A DNA stretch of 57,695 nt, the filler included, from Porpidia crustulata (Eukaryota), in NCBI GenBank assembly GCA_964255105.1. It is 7 parts of 7 records of this genome, joined end to end, with 100 filler letters (N's around TTAATTAATTAA, not from the genome) between each part and the next. Parts side by side here need not be neighbours in the genome. Positions count along the whole stretch, not along the records: positions 41,327 to 49,462 come from CAXUWE010001163.1; positions 49,563 to 57,695 come from CAXUWE010001164.1; 5 more parts are not named here. One strand, 5' to 3'. Position 1 is the first letter of the stretch, and every line of letters starts with the position of its first letter. This document shows, in pieces, positions 45,901-57,695 of this stretch. The translations under genes were made by a program, and so were the position numbers. Below the pieces are notes generated by a model. It searched no databases and was not told the DNA's origin. It saw nothing but the letters and a program-made list of their open reading frames with translations.

Positions 45901-48900
45901 ACCGGGTTATGAATCAGGTCAGCTCTTAGATGTTGCTGAGGATTTCATTCATCTATTAATCGTTCTATTGAGTGATCGAACATCCCTCCAGCCACTGGAA
46001 GGAGAAGAAAGCTCACAATCGTTGGCCATCCGTCGTGACATTGCTCATATCCTGTGCTTTAAGCCGTTGTCATTCTCTGATCTTTGCGGCCGCCTGGCGG
46101 ATAAAGTTCAAGATTCAGAGGAGTTCCAAGATATTTTGGACCAAATGACCAACTTCCGGGCTCCAGAAGGCCTGTCTGACTCCGGCACTTTCGAGCTTAA
46201 ACCAGAATACCTCGAAGACATTGACCCTTATATAGCCCACTATAGTAAAAATCAAAGAGACGAAGCGGAAAACGCCTATCGAACTTGGATGAGCAAGAAA
46301 CTTGGAAAGCCGATTGGCGAGATTGTTCTAGAACCACAATTCCGTCCTATAACTTCAGGCGTCTTCATAGAGCTCCCGGCTTTTACTAGAACGACTCTAT
46401 TTGCTCAAATCCTGTACTACGCCCTCATGCATTCTTTGAAAATGCACATGTCAATGGAGATACCGAGTACAAGAGTGGAGGCTTTCGTCCAGGTCGTACT
46501 GCACCTTGTACTATCAGCTGTCCTTGAAGACAAGACTGATGAAGAAGATGAAAGTTTCGGACGACCGAATTCTTTCGTTCATAATGCGCTCTGCAAGCGT
46601 GCCCATATCGGTAATTTTGTGCCCACGATATTCAACATCCTGATAAAATTACTAGAGCACGAAGAAATCAAAGGATGCCATCCCAAAGTCCATCTTATCC
46701 TTCAACGCCTGCAGCAGCGGCGGCCGCGAACATACGCATCGGCGTTATCGCAAATTTACGCCCTCCACGATGTTCCTCAAAACATACCTCTGGATCGACT
46801 TCACTCCCAAAAGCCAACTACTCCGCTCGCCGTTGACCTGGAAGCCCAACAACGACAGGTTCGGGAACTGCAAGAAGCAAAGAAACGGCAGGCTCTAGAC
46901 CGGCAAGCGAAGGTGATGGCGGAATTCCAGAAGGACCAACAGAAATTCTTGGATAACCAAGATATTGTTGATTGGGGTGACGATGACTTTGATGATCTTG
47001 ACTCCGTCGGAACAGGGTTTACAGAGGAACATCGAAAGATGTGGAAGTACCCATCGGGGAAATGTATATTGTGTCAAGCCGAGACAAATGATACACGGTT
47101 ATACGGAACGTTCGCCCTCGTGACGAATAGTACAATCCTTCGCCAGACAGATTTGGCTGATCCTGACTTTGTTGACGAGGCTCTCTCGACACCGGCCAAC
47201 CTTGACGGCTCAGCGGAAAGTATTCGACCTTTCGGTGTCGCAGGTCGGAATCGTAAGACGATACGAAAACTTGCGTCTGACGGCCATGAGACACTCTCGG
47301 AGCACCAAGGCTTAGGAAAGGGGTTTCCATCTTCACATGTTCTGCGAGGACCAGTATCTACTGGATGCGGTCATATCATGCACTATTCCTGCTTTGAGGG
47401 CTATTGCATTGCGACACAGCGTCGGCAAATTCATCAGATTGCTCGAAACCACCCCGAGCGCCTCAATCGCAAAGAATTTGTCTGCCCCTTATGTAAGGCA
47501 CTCGGTAATACGTTTTTACCCATCATCTGGAGAGGCAAAGAAGAAGTTTATCCAGGAGTTCTTCAAGTCGAGGAACCCTTCCTTGACTGGATCAACATAT
47601 ATATAGGCCTTACCGTTTCACGGTTCCACAAGCAAGCTATCGTTGAGGATCGTAATCAAGGAAGCAGTCGTCACCAGGAGCTGTTCGTGACTTACATCTC
47701 CAAGACTGTGATTCCTCCACTAGCGAGCCGGCTCGTGCAGGGGATGCAAAGCCAGGCCAAGGCTCCCACTTCGCCACAGCCGTCCAGTAGAAGTTCAATG
47801 CCAGGGTTCTTTCCTAGTGATGAGGGCCAGATCACGGCCAGCAACGGCCAATCTCTGGCAGGAGATTCCGTATTGATGCAGGAGCTTGTATCTGTTTACA
47901 ACCGTATAAGAGACACCGTGAAGGCCAATGAGCTCCCCTCCCACTTCAATCCAGCACAGCCCTCTGGCACTCAGGAAGATCTGATATATACTGACACCCT
48001 AGCCAAAACTCTTGGCTTCTCCATCGCAGCCACCGAGATCGTCCAGAGGGGAGTCCAATCGGAACCAGGACTGACCTTGCTTGACAAGATTCCGTCTCTC
48101 GCGTTGAACCATCTTCGCATACTCTCTGAGACCGCTTCTTCCTATATCGCCGTTGGGGGAATGCGTAACTCTGGTAAAAACAGGTCAGCCGTCGAATTTT
48201 GCGAGAACAACATGAACCAGCTATCGCAACTTTTCGCAGGTCATCCGCAAATCGCACCCAATCATCCAGATTTCTGGAGCAAGCACAAGGTGCCTTCTGT
48301 CTTGTCCCAGGACCCCTTTGTCTTTCTGACCGAATGCTCTGTCTGCCTCGTCCCTGCGTTCAACCTCGAGGTTCATCACATCATTCACTTGTGTTATCTT
48401 CTAGAAATTGTTAAGGTGGTGGTGTGGCTGGTTTCTACGCAATCATCTCCCTTGCCGCAGAGCTGGAAAGATCCAGATATTCCTTCAAATCAGAACCCTG
48501 ATGCCCTTCGAAGGTTGAATAGATTTGTTCAAGGTATTGTCCGGTACTGTGACTTTGGCTGCAACTGGACAATCAGTGGGGATAGCTCCGATGCATCCCA
48601 GAGCATCTATAAGCTGCTTCGCTCTTACGCTTTACCTTTCCTGCGCAAAGTCACTATACTCCTGCATGCCAGATATGGCGTCGACTTTCCTGACATGGGC
48701 TTCGCTGATATCGATGAACCAGAGCTCGATCGCTTGACAGTTGCCCTTCGGCTTCCATCACTCGACGACATGATCTGGTCGGTGGGAGATCTGTGTGATG
48801 GCAACCCGTCAGTAATTCAATCGGTAGTCGCCGGGTGGATTGACCATTGGAAATGGACATCAGGCGAATCCCCATTGAGGAGCGCTGCATTAAACGGCTT

Positions 48901-49434
48901 ACGGCCTAGCCATCCTGCAATCTTTGAGCTAATCGGACTTCCGATGCGCTACGATACGCTGACCTACGAGACAATGAGACGGAGGTGCCCCACCACCGGC
49001 AAAGAACTCGTGGATCCAACAATCTGCCTCTTCTGCGGTACCATCTTCTGCAGCCAAGCGACCTGCTGCAACAAGAACGGCGTGGGCGGATGCAACCAGC
49101 ACATGGAGAAGTAAACCCTCCCCCTTAGCCCCGCTTCTCCGCACCAGTCACTGACGCACCGAACAGATGCGCCCATGACGTCGGTCTCTTCATCAACATC
49201 CGCAAATGCACCGTCCTCTACCTCCACAACAAAAACGGCAGCTGGTCCCACGCCCCCTACCTCGACAAGCACGGCGAGGTCGACCCGGGCCTGCGGCGCA
49301 ACCGCCAGCTGTTCCTCAACCAGAAGCGCTATGACGCCCTGCTGCGTAACGTCTGGCTGCAGCACGGGATCCCGACCATGATTTCGCGCAAGTTGGAGGC
49401 GGATACCAATAATGGGGGGTGGGAGACTATGTGA
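42974..49434 (+). CDS. UBR1: N-end rule E3 ubiquitin ligase UBR1
   Basis: UBR box CGHIFKSGEATYRCKTC..CDCGDEEAW, ClpS-like LWNDEKHT, WVRNG, and RING CILC..CGHIMH..CPLC. Intron 49111-49166; last exon PYLDKHGEVD..LRR to TGA 49432-49434. Confidence 0.96.
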
Positions 49435-49462
49435 TTGAGGTTTCGCCCGAGCAGATGTGTGT

Positions 49463-49562
49463 NNNNNNNNNNNNNNNNNNNNNNNNNNNNNNNNNNNNNN
49501 NNNNNNTTAATTAATTAANNNNNNNNNNNNNNNNNNNNNNNNNNNNNNNNNNNNNNNNNNNN
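49463..49562. other. Artificial contig spacer
   Basis: N44-TTAATTAATTAA-N44. Confidence 0.98.
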
Positions 49563-52119
49563 GGTGGTTGGGGGTTGGGGTGTGTTTGTTTGGGGGGGGG
49601 ACAATGTCGACGATGAGATCTAGCATAGAGGCGTCGCGGACTCGTGTAAAATTTGGATCCAGAGGGTTGACAATACTCGAGGCAACATCTTTGGCGAGGA
49701 AGATTCTTTCGTCTTTGCCGAGAAGGATGTTGTTGATCGCTTGAACTCGAAACAAGTCACCTTTACTCCCACCGTCTTCGGATACAACCGGCACATCTTG
49801 TATCATCCCAAAACGCACGCCACCCATTGAATTAATCAGTATCCCATTTCCAATTCTTTGCAACATGCCAGGTCCTAGATTTACTACACTTGGATGAGGA
49901 GGAAACGTGATGTCAAAGGTAGTTTTGGCAACTATCTTCGAAGAGAATCCATTGTGGGGAACCAGATTCAGTGGTAGCGTCCATGGAAAATTAGTATAAT
50001 TTGACGGCGATCGCACGTCCGCTAGAGAAATACTCGGATGATCTCGCGAGTATTCTATAAGAGGAGATTCTAGGTTCTCCGGGGTAGGCATCAGGTGGAG
50101 CCGGGCAAGATTAGCAGCATGGAAAACATCTTCCCGCGCAGCTGTCGCAGAAATGCTGAACGGCAACATCGCTGGAGGTACTGGGCAGTCGGCTTCGCTA
50201 ATCATGTCTTGAATTTCTTCAGACTTAAAGTGACTGCTTAGACTAGAGTGTGACTGGTGTCGCGTCTTCTTTTCTCTAGGAAGAATCAATGGGTGTCCCT
50301 CGGTACTGAAAACGAAAGGTGCGTCAAGTTTATTCAAAGGGTGTTCGGGGTCAAACAGCAGAAAGAGGTATTTCGTGGTCTCCCCGAGAAAGAAGCTCTC
50401 CATTCGGTCGTTACGTTCACCGCTTCTCACATCCTGTAACCCAGACCAGCCACATTTGGTCCAACATCGTCTTTTGATATCTCGGAGTACCATCTCACCA
50501 ACATGCAAGTACCATGGATCTTTCGTCGCCTGATAAAGGTGATAGGTCGACTCAATAAATTCAGGTCTACCTCCCCACCAACCGAGTCCACCCTCGATAC
50601 TGCCAGATGATGCAGACCAACGTTCCGGTAATGCAGAATAGCGAGTCCACACAGCCGTAAGGAGAAGGTGCGCTTCCGTGGCTTCCTCGAGGTCCCCTGT
50701 CATAGCTAGAAGGCCAGGATAGAAGGCGCTTAAACTGTCGAACCAGAAGGCTCTAGCAGCTCCGGTATAAAGATCTCCCTGGACGTAGTGAGGATGAATG
50801 TAGGAACTTCCGCGGCGGAGGTGACGATTAATTGAATCGTGCGAGGTCTGCCAAACTTCAAGAAAAGCTTCAGCCATCTGCTGTTTCTTGGAAAGAGATG
50901 GAGAAAAGCTGGTAGTCGGAGTGCTTCCATCAAGGTCCGTATCAAAACCGTCTATAGGAGATCCCGATAAGAGAACATAAGATTTCACAGCATATTCGTA
51001 GAAGCTGTCGATTCCTGCCCCAATACCAGTGAACGGACTAGTCCACAGTCCTGTTTCAGCATCAATACCAGAACCGATCAGTCCAAGAGTACTCCTTCGT
51101 TCCCAAACAGACCAGAATGCTCTTTTAGCTAATTTCTCATAGCTCGAATCTCTCAAAAGTCGACTTAGGGTGGTGAATTCCAAGACAAGGCTACCAGCGC
51201 CAGCACTACATGTTTCTGTCAGCTCGCCAATCGGCTGTTGCGTAGGCTGACACTGGCCCTCCTCGGCATTATTATTAAGTGGTGAATTCAAATAAAAAGG
51301 AATGCCATAACGGAGGTTCACTCTTGGATAGGGCAAACCAGTTGCAGTGTGGAAAGCCGGAATTAGACGGTCTGCAAGGTCTCGCGCCAGTCGAAGGAGT
51401 TGTCCATCGTAGCTGAAGCTGTCGGTCCATCGGATGGGCCTCTGAAAACTGCTTTCGCTTGCGACTCTTGTATCATTTTGTCCTCTTGGTCTGTAACCTC
51501 TGATCGGCAAATCTCCAATAGCAAACAAATGAGCACTTAAAAGCCCACCAACTCCTCGAATAACCGTCTCGAAGACCTGGACTTTGCTATCAAGATCGAA
51601 ACCTCTACTACGTAGTCCTTGCCCTTTAGGACCCATAGATCCATCCCCATATTGTTCCACCAATGCTTCCACACCCGTCTGAAAGTGATCCAGAGCTTTG
51701 TTCGGACCGCCGACGGTAGTAGGAGAGGAAGCTAAGATTGCTAGAGTAGAGAGACTGTCGATCAATGTCAATGAATAATTTCCAAGGGCGTCGTTCAGCT
51801 CAATATGTGCTGGGTTGGCGCGATCTCTAGTCAATGGTTTGCATGAAATTGGTCGTAGCTCATCCTCAGGGAAGGCGTGGTTCATATAATTATCGTATCC
51901 ATGGAAGAACATACGCTCAGCTGCTTGTCTACTCAACTGATTAGTCGCGGCCGCGAGTCGCAGCACAATCGCAAGTACTAACCTTAATTCTTTGATTTCT
52001 AAATCTGTCATGCCCTGGCCACAACCGGTCCAGAGCAGGAGTAGAAGAATACATGGCCACAGAGATAACCACTGTGTGCTTATAAGAACCTTTAACTTGA
52101 TGTGACATCTTCGGGGCAT
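49563..52119 (-). CDS. MNL1: EDEM/MNL1(HTM1)-like GH47 alpha-1,2-mannosidase, 3' truncated
   Basis: Signal/TM segment, MFFHGYDNYMNHAFPEDELRPISC, QVFETVIRGVGGLLSAH, GAGIDSFYEY, RPEFIESTY, MESFFLGET and FSTEGHP. Probable in-frame 54-nt intron 51982-51929. Confidence 0.93.
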
Positions 52120-52454
52120 TACAAAAGGAAGAACGAGAAATATGCGACATAGAAACTGTGAAATCCAGGTAAAGGTTGCATCTCATCAGAAACTCAAGAG
52201 TACAATGATAGATGGAAGGGTGTCCCTTACAAAGAGGCTCGTGTCCTCGGTCAGCAGAATCCAGATGAAGCCACTATTCGGCAGAAACTAGCGTGAAAAT
52301 GACCCGTAACAAAGTTAGCCCGAGCTTTCGAACATGTTGATTCAATGAAATTCAACTTGAGCAATTTATGATCGTCGATCAATCAAGAAATATGGTCACA
52401 TTAACAGACACTTCCATCAGATACCCATAGCGCAAGCTCTCCTAAACTTGTGCC

Positions 52455-54352
52455 ATGGCCACGGACCTTACTACCCAAGTGCTGAGCGCTTTGTCAAATA
52501 GCAATGAGCCAATCCTCAGTGCTAAAGCATTTGCTTCAATACCTTCAGCGACAGTTAAAAGCGCGCTCGATAGGCTAGGTTCGCGGGAAATGGTTACATA
52601 TACGACGATCGACCGAGAGGAAGCTATATTGACCCCTGAAGCAGAGGGTATAGCTACCAACGGAAGCCATGAAGCAAAGGTTTATGAAGCAGTGCGGCAG
52701 GCTGTCGCGGGGCTAAAGATCACGGACCTGCCAGTACGTTGGCTCAACCGTATGCCAGCACAGAAAGATGTGGCGAGTTTGAGGAGGGACTGACCAATTC
52801 GACAGACACTGGTGGGTAAGGAAAGTGCGAAAGTGGGGCAGGGTAAGGCTTTCAAAGAGGGATGGATCAAGAAGGACCAAGATACCCTCAGGGTGAATGT
52901 GCGAACCCCTTTTCTGTTCATGTCTCACTATTCTGACGCTGTGTAAAGACAGATTCTATCGTCGACACAAGTCGAGAGCAACTTCAAACTATAAAAACAA
53001 CACGCTCGCATCCCAACCCAAAGGTGATCAATGACCTTCGAAAGAGGAAATTGATCACAATGCAAAAGGTCATAAGCTACGAGATCGAAAAAGGACCCAA
53101 ATTCTCGACTGAGTTCGTCAAGGAAGAAACGGATTTGACCGCAGACATGCTAGCGAGGTAAAAGTCGGACCATCAAGCTAGCTGTAAAGGCCATGCATCT
53201 GATATATCTAGCGGAGCTTGGAAAAACGTGCACTTGAAACCGTACAACTTCAAAGCCAAAGGGGCATTGACGCCTAGTGGAGCATTACATCCTCGTGGGT
53301 GCATCTAGTGGCTTGTGTTAAGGAATATTCGTCAATATCGCTAAAACTTATGCAGTAAATAAAGTACGACATGAATTTCGGCAAATCTTCTTTGAAATGG
53401 GATTTGAAGAGATGCCAACAAACAGGTATTATGTTTGACCTGGGTGACTTCGCATAATGCTGATGGAGTTGCAGGTTTGTGGAGACTGGCTTCTGGAACT
53501 TCGATGCTCTCTATGTGCCCCAGCAACATCCTGCACGAGACCTCCAAGACACTTTCTACATTTCTGATCCAGCGGTTGCAGACCGACCACGTGAAGATCC
53601 ACAAATACCCAACGCCACATTGCATGACTCGCGGAAAGATTCCGTTGAGTATCCTACCAACAGTCTGGACTACGATGTGTACTGGAATAATGTAAAAGAG
53701 GTTCACGAGAACGGCAAGTATGGATCAATAGGCTACAGATATCCCTACAAGGACGAAGAGTCACTTCGGCTTGTACTTCGGACGCATACCACGGCCGTCT
53801 CAACCTATATGCTTCACAAATTAGCTGCAAATCCACGACCTGCTCGGTACTTCTCGATCGACCGGGTCTTTAGGAACGAAACGGTTGATGCCACACATCT
53901 TGCAGAATTTCATCAAGTGGAAGGAGTAATCGCCGACTTTGCTCTCACCCTGGGGGGGCTCATTGGGTTCATGGAAGTGTTCTTTGGCAAGATGGGAATT
54001 CACAAGCTGCGTTTCAAGCCGGCGTACAATCCGTACACGGAGCCCAGCATGGAGATCTTTGGATTTCATGAGGGACTGGACAAATGGGTCGAAATTGGCA
54101 ACAGTGGTATGTTCAGGCCGGAAATGCTGGAATCCATGGGACTGCCCAAAGATATGAGAGTATACGGCTGGGGGCTAAGTCTGGAGAGACCGACCATGAT
54201 CAAGTATGTCCACTCCATGCGACTGGGGATAATTCTAGAGCGCTAACATGTTGCCTAGGTATGGCGTGAAGAACATCAGAGAGCTTCTGGGACATAAAGT
54301 CGATCTGAATTTTATAGAGAATAATCCGGCTGTACGCTTAGAGAAAGATTAA
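52455..54352 (+). CDS. FRS2: Cytosolic phenylalanyl-tRNA synthetase alpha subunit, 7 exons
   Basis: Motifs [52 protein letters not shown] and [11 protein letters not shown]. Introns 52734-52805, 52899-52948, 53158-53211, 53295-53355, 53426-53474, 54204-54258. Confidence 0.97.
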
Positions 54353-55758
54353 ACATTGAATGATCAATTTTACACGTGGCATACTCCAAGTAATCATTGC
54401 AGCTGTATTGTTTTTACCTTTGATAATCATCAGATCTCCATTGGTTCGTTGCGAACAGAATTGGAGGTCTGTCAGCAAATTTGGAGAGCCGTTGAATGAC
54501 ATTCATAAGGAACCAGTGAATTTCGCCGGACAACACGGCAATCCAACCATAGGTTGTCACCATCTGTGTAACCGTACTTCGTCCGTACCTCCGATGCCTT
54601 CGGTAGACAAGCATGTTTCTCCACGTGCTTTATCTTAATCAAAGGCATAACAAGCCCAGAACAGTGTGACGAATCGCAAGGGCGGGGATGGTCGCCTTGG
54701 ACGCCTGATATCGAGTCCTGCCGTATAGAAACTACACACTTGTCGCGTAGAATCTTTTAGCAAAAAATAGCAAAGAACCTGTGCCGCTATATAGTTAAAG
54801 AGCCACCGGCTATGCCGCGTGCGATGGCTTTCTTGGAGTAAACCTCTTAACTTGATCCGAGATGATTGTGTACTCCTGTTCCCTTAGCCGTTAGAACAAG
54901 CCTGCCGAATGTACCACGCATGTAGCACTGCCTCCTCGTCTCGTCAGATACAGCGTTTTATCTCATCAAGAGTTCATGGTTCAAGACGGCGGCACTTGGG
55001 TTCGACGAGGGTTTGATGAGAGTGGTCGTAAGCATAGCGACATAGAGGCACTGCTGCTGTTTCTGAAACTCGCTTAAATGTCAGGCGTTCAACGCTAAAA
55101 CTCCACTAGCGAGAGCTGAGGAAATAAGGCTTGATCGAGAAAGGGACGTGTCAGTAGAGTAGTCAGAGGAAAACATTAGATTGGAGAAATACCTCGGCTT
55201 AGCTGAGGAATCATGAGGGATATGGAAAGCATAACTTTCGTTGACATAGCGTTGGAAGTCGCCTGCTTTGGGATCAATTACCAATATCAAAAAGTGCCGA
55301 AACCGGTGGATGGGATTGAAAAATTTATTCAGCTCCCGAGACCTACTAAGCATTCCCGCTCTTATCTCGACGCCCTTATCCGTCATGAGTCCATTGCTGA
55401 CGGCCAATGGATGTCGTGTGCTTCCGAAGAGCTTGTTGTTTCCCATTTTCTCCCCTCCTTAATCTTATGCATGACTCGGTGAGGCTGAGTGAAGATTGGG
55501 CCATCTAATCCGTGCGCCGTGTCTGGCACAATGTTCCGGCTTACGAAGAATAGCTCTTCTCATGTATTGGTTCTATCAGCTTTGCCGTTGCTCAATCGTC
55601 ACCTACCAGATTTCGTCAACGTTTTCTCGTACCACTTTCTATCGTTCATAGTTGCCGAAGGATTTCCTTCTATTCGGGAGCTGCTAATTGTCAAACTTCG
55701 ATTGTCTATGTAGGGGCATTTACGTAGCTTGTATCGTCGACAATCGAAATCTACGACT

Positions 55759-57695
55759 ATGTGGCGCCGACAGACTCAGCCAGATACCGACTACACGCCA
55801 GTGCGAGAAAAGACCGCCCAGGTGGAAACAACCGTAGAATCTCTATCCAGGCCGTCGCCTGAGATTCAACGATATACTCGCAGCCGAGCCAGACGCTTAT
55901 CATGGCATGTCTTGTCCCACCTCTTCGCCTTCCTATGGCTTGCCCCCATCATTGCTCTACTTACCCTTAATTACAAAAGACATGTCATCGGTGCTAGTGT
56001 CTGGTGTCCCAAAGGAAGATGTTCTGCGGATGCTTTCGGAACTCAAGCCTTCACGAGGGCCGAACAATTGGACCAAGCAGATCATGACATCTTGGGCGCT
56101 CTCCAATTTGTGGCCAAGGCTTTGGAAGTATGGTTTATGATCGCAGCCACGAGCCTCTTGTTTGATGTCGCCATGATGTTTGCAAAGAAAGGCCGCGGTC
56201 TTCCTGTCGGGTTCTTGCTGACACACTTGGAGTTCGGCGATATTCGAAACCTGGTGAATCCACTCCTGTGGACCTCACCAATGCCGCATGGCAACAGCAG
56301 ATCAGAGTCGCGGTCACGGATTATCAAGCTTTACTTGTTCGCCATTCTTGCCGCTTTCCTTACAATTCTGACCAACATGATGGGCCCGGCCACCGCGGTA
56401 TTGATTCTCCCTACCCTGCAATGGGTTGAAACCGAGAAAGTACCATTTCAAAGATTCAACGGGACAGGTCTAGCGCGTGCTCCCGCGGGCGACCGCTTCC
56501 ATAACTGCGACAATGCAACATTGCGGGCAGGAAATTACTCATGCTTAGCGAACTTCTACGGGCCAACACTCGATGCCTGGGCTGCTTCCGGAATTGCAGC
56601 TACTTATCAGCTCCAGGAGTCAGGATACCCGATGACAAGTGGCTCCCAGCAAGACTCCTTACAGTTCACACTGAATGCCACGCAGAACGGCAGCCTAACT
56701 TGGGTACCAAACCGTCAGCTGTTGGGAGACATGTCGTATGAGTTCGAGAAGACAATTGGGTACCTGCTTCTTGACGATCCACCAATAGAGCCAGACCCTG
56801 TGTTCAATAATTCTCTTAGTACGGTGTTACAGCGAAATGGACCTAGTATCGGTGTGCAAACCGACTGCTTTGTCGGTGGAAATCTGACCGTCACGACCGT
56901 TGCACCCGATCAAGAAGTTCGCTGCTTCAGTAATTGGACAATAGACTATGAGAGTTACTACACGAAAGTACGTGCTTCTGCAGCGAGAACAGGAATTTAG
57001 CTGATCATTATAGTGCGTTCACTCGGGAAAAGGCTGGGGCAAACCCAACGCTGAAAATCGGTTCTGGCTCGGCAACACAGACGCAACGATTACTAGCAAC
57101 ATGACTGTCGTTGATATCCACTTTTCCGACAAAGCAACCTTCTACAATGAATCCACAGACTTTGGCTCCGGCATCAAGCCCTGTCTCGCAAACAAGACCA
57201 ACTGCGATTGGGCACAAATATTCTCCACAAATCTCCCCCAAGACCTCAAAAACTCTTCGATCAACAGCGTGGTTGTAAGCTACCAAATCCCAGACGCCCC
57301 GCACGCCGCTGCCCGCGCCTGGTGCGATTCCGTCTCCTATCTCAGCTTCCCAATTTACAGTATGGACACCTCCCTTTCCTCCAATACCCAAAATCTCGTC
57401 CAGCTTGACCACCTCAACCTTGACCGCTCAGCCGAACCCCTAATCGTCAACCCCGACTGGCTCCTCGCCGCTTGGACCGTCGACTCCAACGGCACTGTCG
57501 ACGGCACCCGGCAGATCGCGCAAGAAATCTCCCGCGTCCTGCCAATCTTCTATCCTCCCGACTCCCAATACAGCAGCAACTTATCCACTGGTCTTGACGC
57601 CCTCGAATTCGTCTCCCTACACTTCTACGCCCAGTTCCAAGCCATGTCCCTCGTCCCCTACTACGCCTACAACGAAACCCACCCCCCCAGCAACC
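55759..57695 (+). CDS. Fungal multi-pass membrane protein of unknown function, runs off the window
   Basis: ATG 55759; TM segments with LQFVAKALEVWF and MGPATAVLILPTLQW; many N-x-S/T sequons; intron 56968-57013; frame open to the window end. Confidence 0.8.

Noticed and set aside
42974..52119. Protein quality-control cluster (UBR1 next to MNL1/EDEM)
   Set aside because: Separated by an artificial spacer, with no evidence of physical linkage.
34092..54352. Apparent tRNA-Phe cluster (PPM2/TYW4 plus PheRS alpha)
   Set aside because: The genes sit on different contigs joined artificially by size order.
54975..55040. GGTTCAA/GGTTCGA B-box-like motifs suggesting a tRNA or SINE
   Set aside because: No cloverleaf stems or acceptor pairing could be built.
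55213..55482. 89-aa ATG ORF upstream of the membrane protein gene
   Set aside because: No motifs or splice support; cannot be distinguished from a chance ORF.

Overview
Eukaryotic DNA from a filamentous ascomycete (Pezizomycotina; a lichen-forming lineage is possible but not provable here), with short GT-AG introns. The window is not one locus. It is seven contigs of 8174, 8171, 8171, 8165, 8145, 8136 and 8133 bp, sorted by decreasing length and joined by artificial 100-bp N44-TTAATTAATTAA-N44 spacers, so gene order across spacers means nothing. Five contigs carry mostly conserved genes: an SDR, YSC84/LSB3-like, a histidine phosphatase, an alpha/beta hydrolase, SUR1-like MIPC synthase, an LRR protein, an F-box-like protein, ATG18, PPM2/TYW4 with a JmjC domain, PPS1, PYM1, UBR1, MNL1/EDEM, FRS2 and a membrane protein. 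Two contigs look accessory. Contig 1 has a frameshifted HET-domain gene next to an IFI6/IFI27-like membrane protein gene, gene relics, and a spliced secreted Cys/Tyr-rich repeat protein gene that the ORF track misses. Contig 4 has a SesA/HeLo-like + ubiquitin-like + zinc-finger gene with lesions, a nonsense-riddled orphan, and an intact PD-(D/E)XK-like gene. Splicing oddities include a start codon split by an intron (A|TG), many AAG acceptors, and two phase-correct AT..AG introns. No rRNA, tRNA, CRISPR or transposase was recognised. All family calls come from motif recognition by eye, not from database searches.
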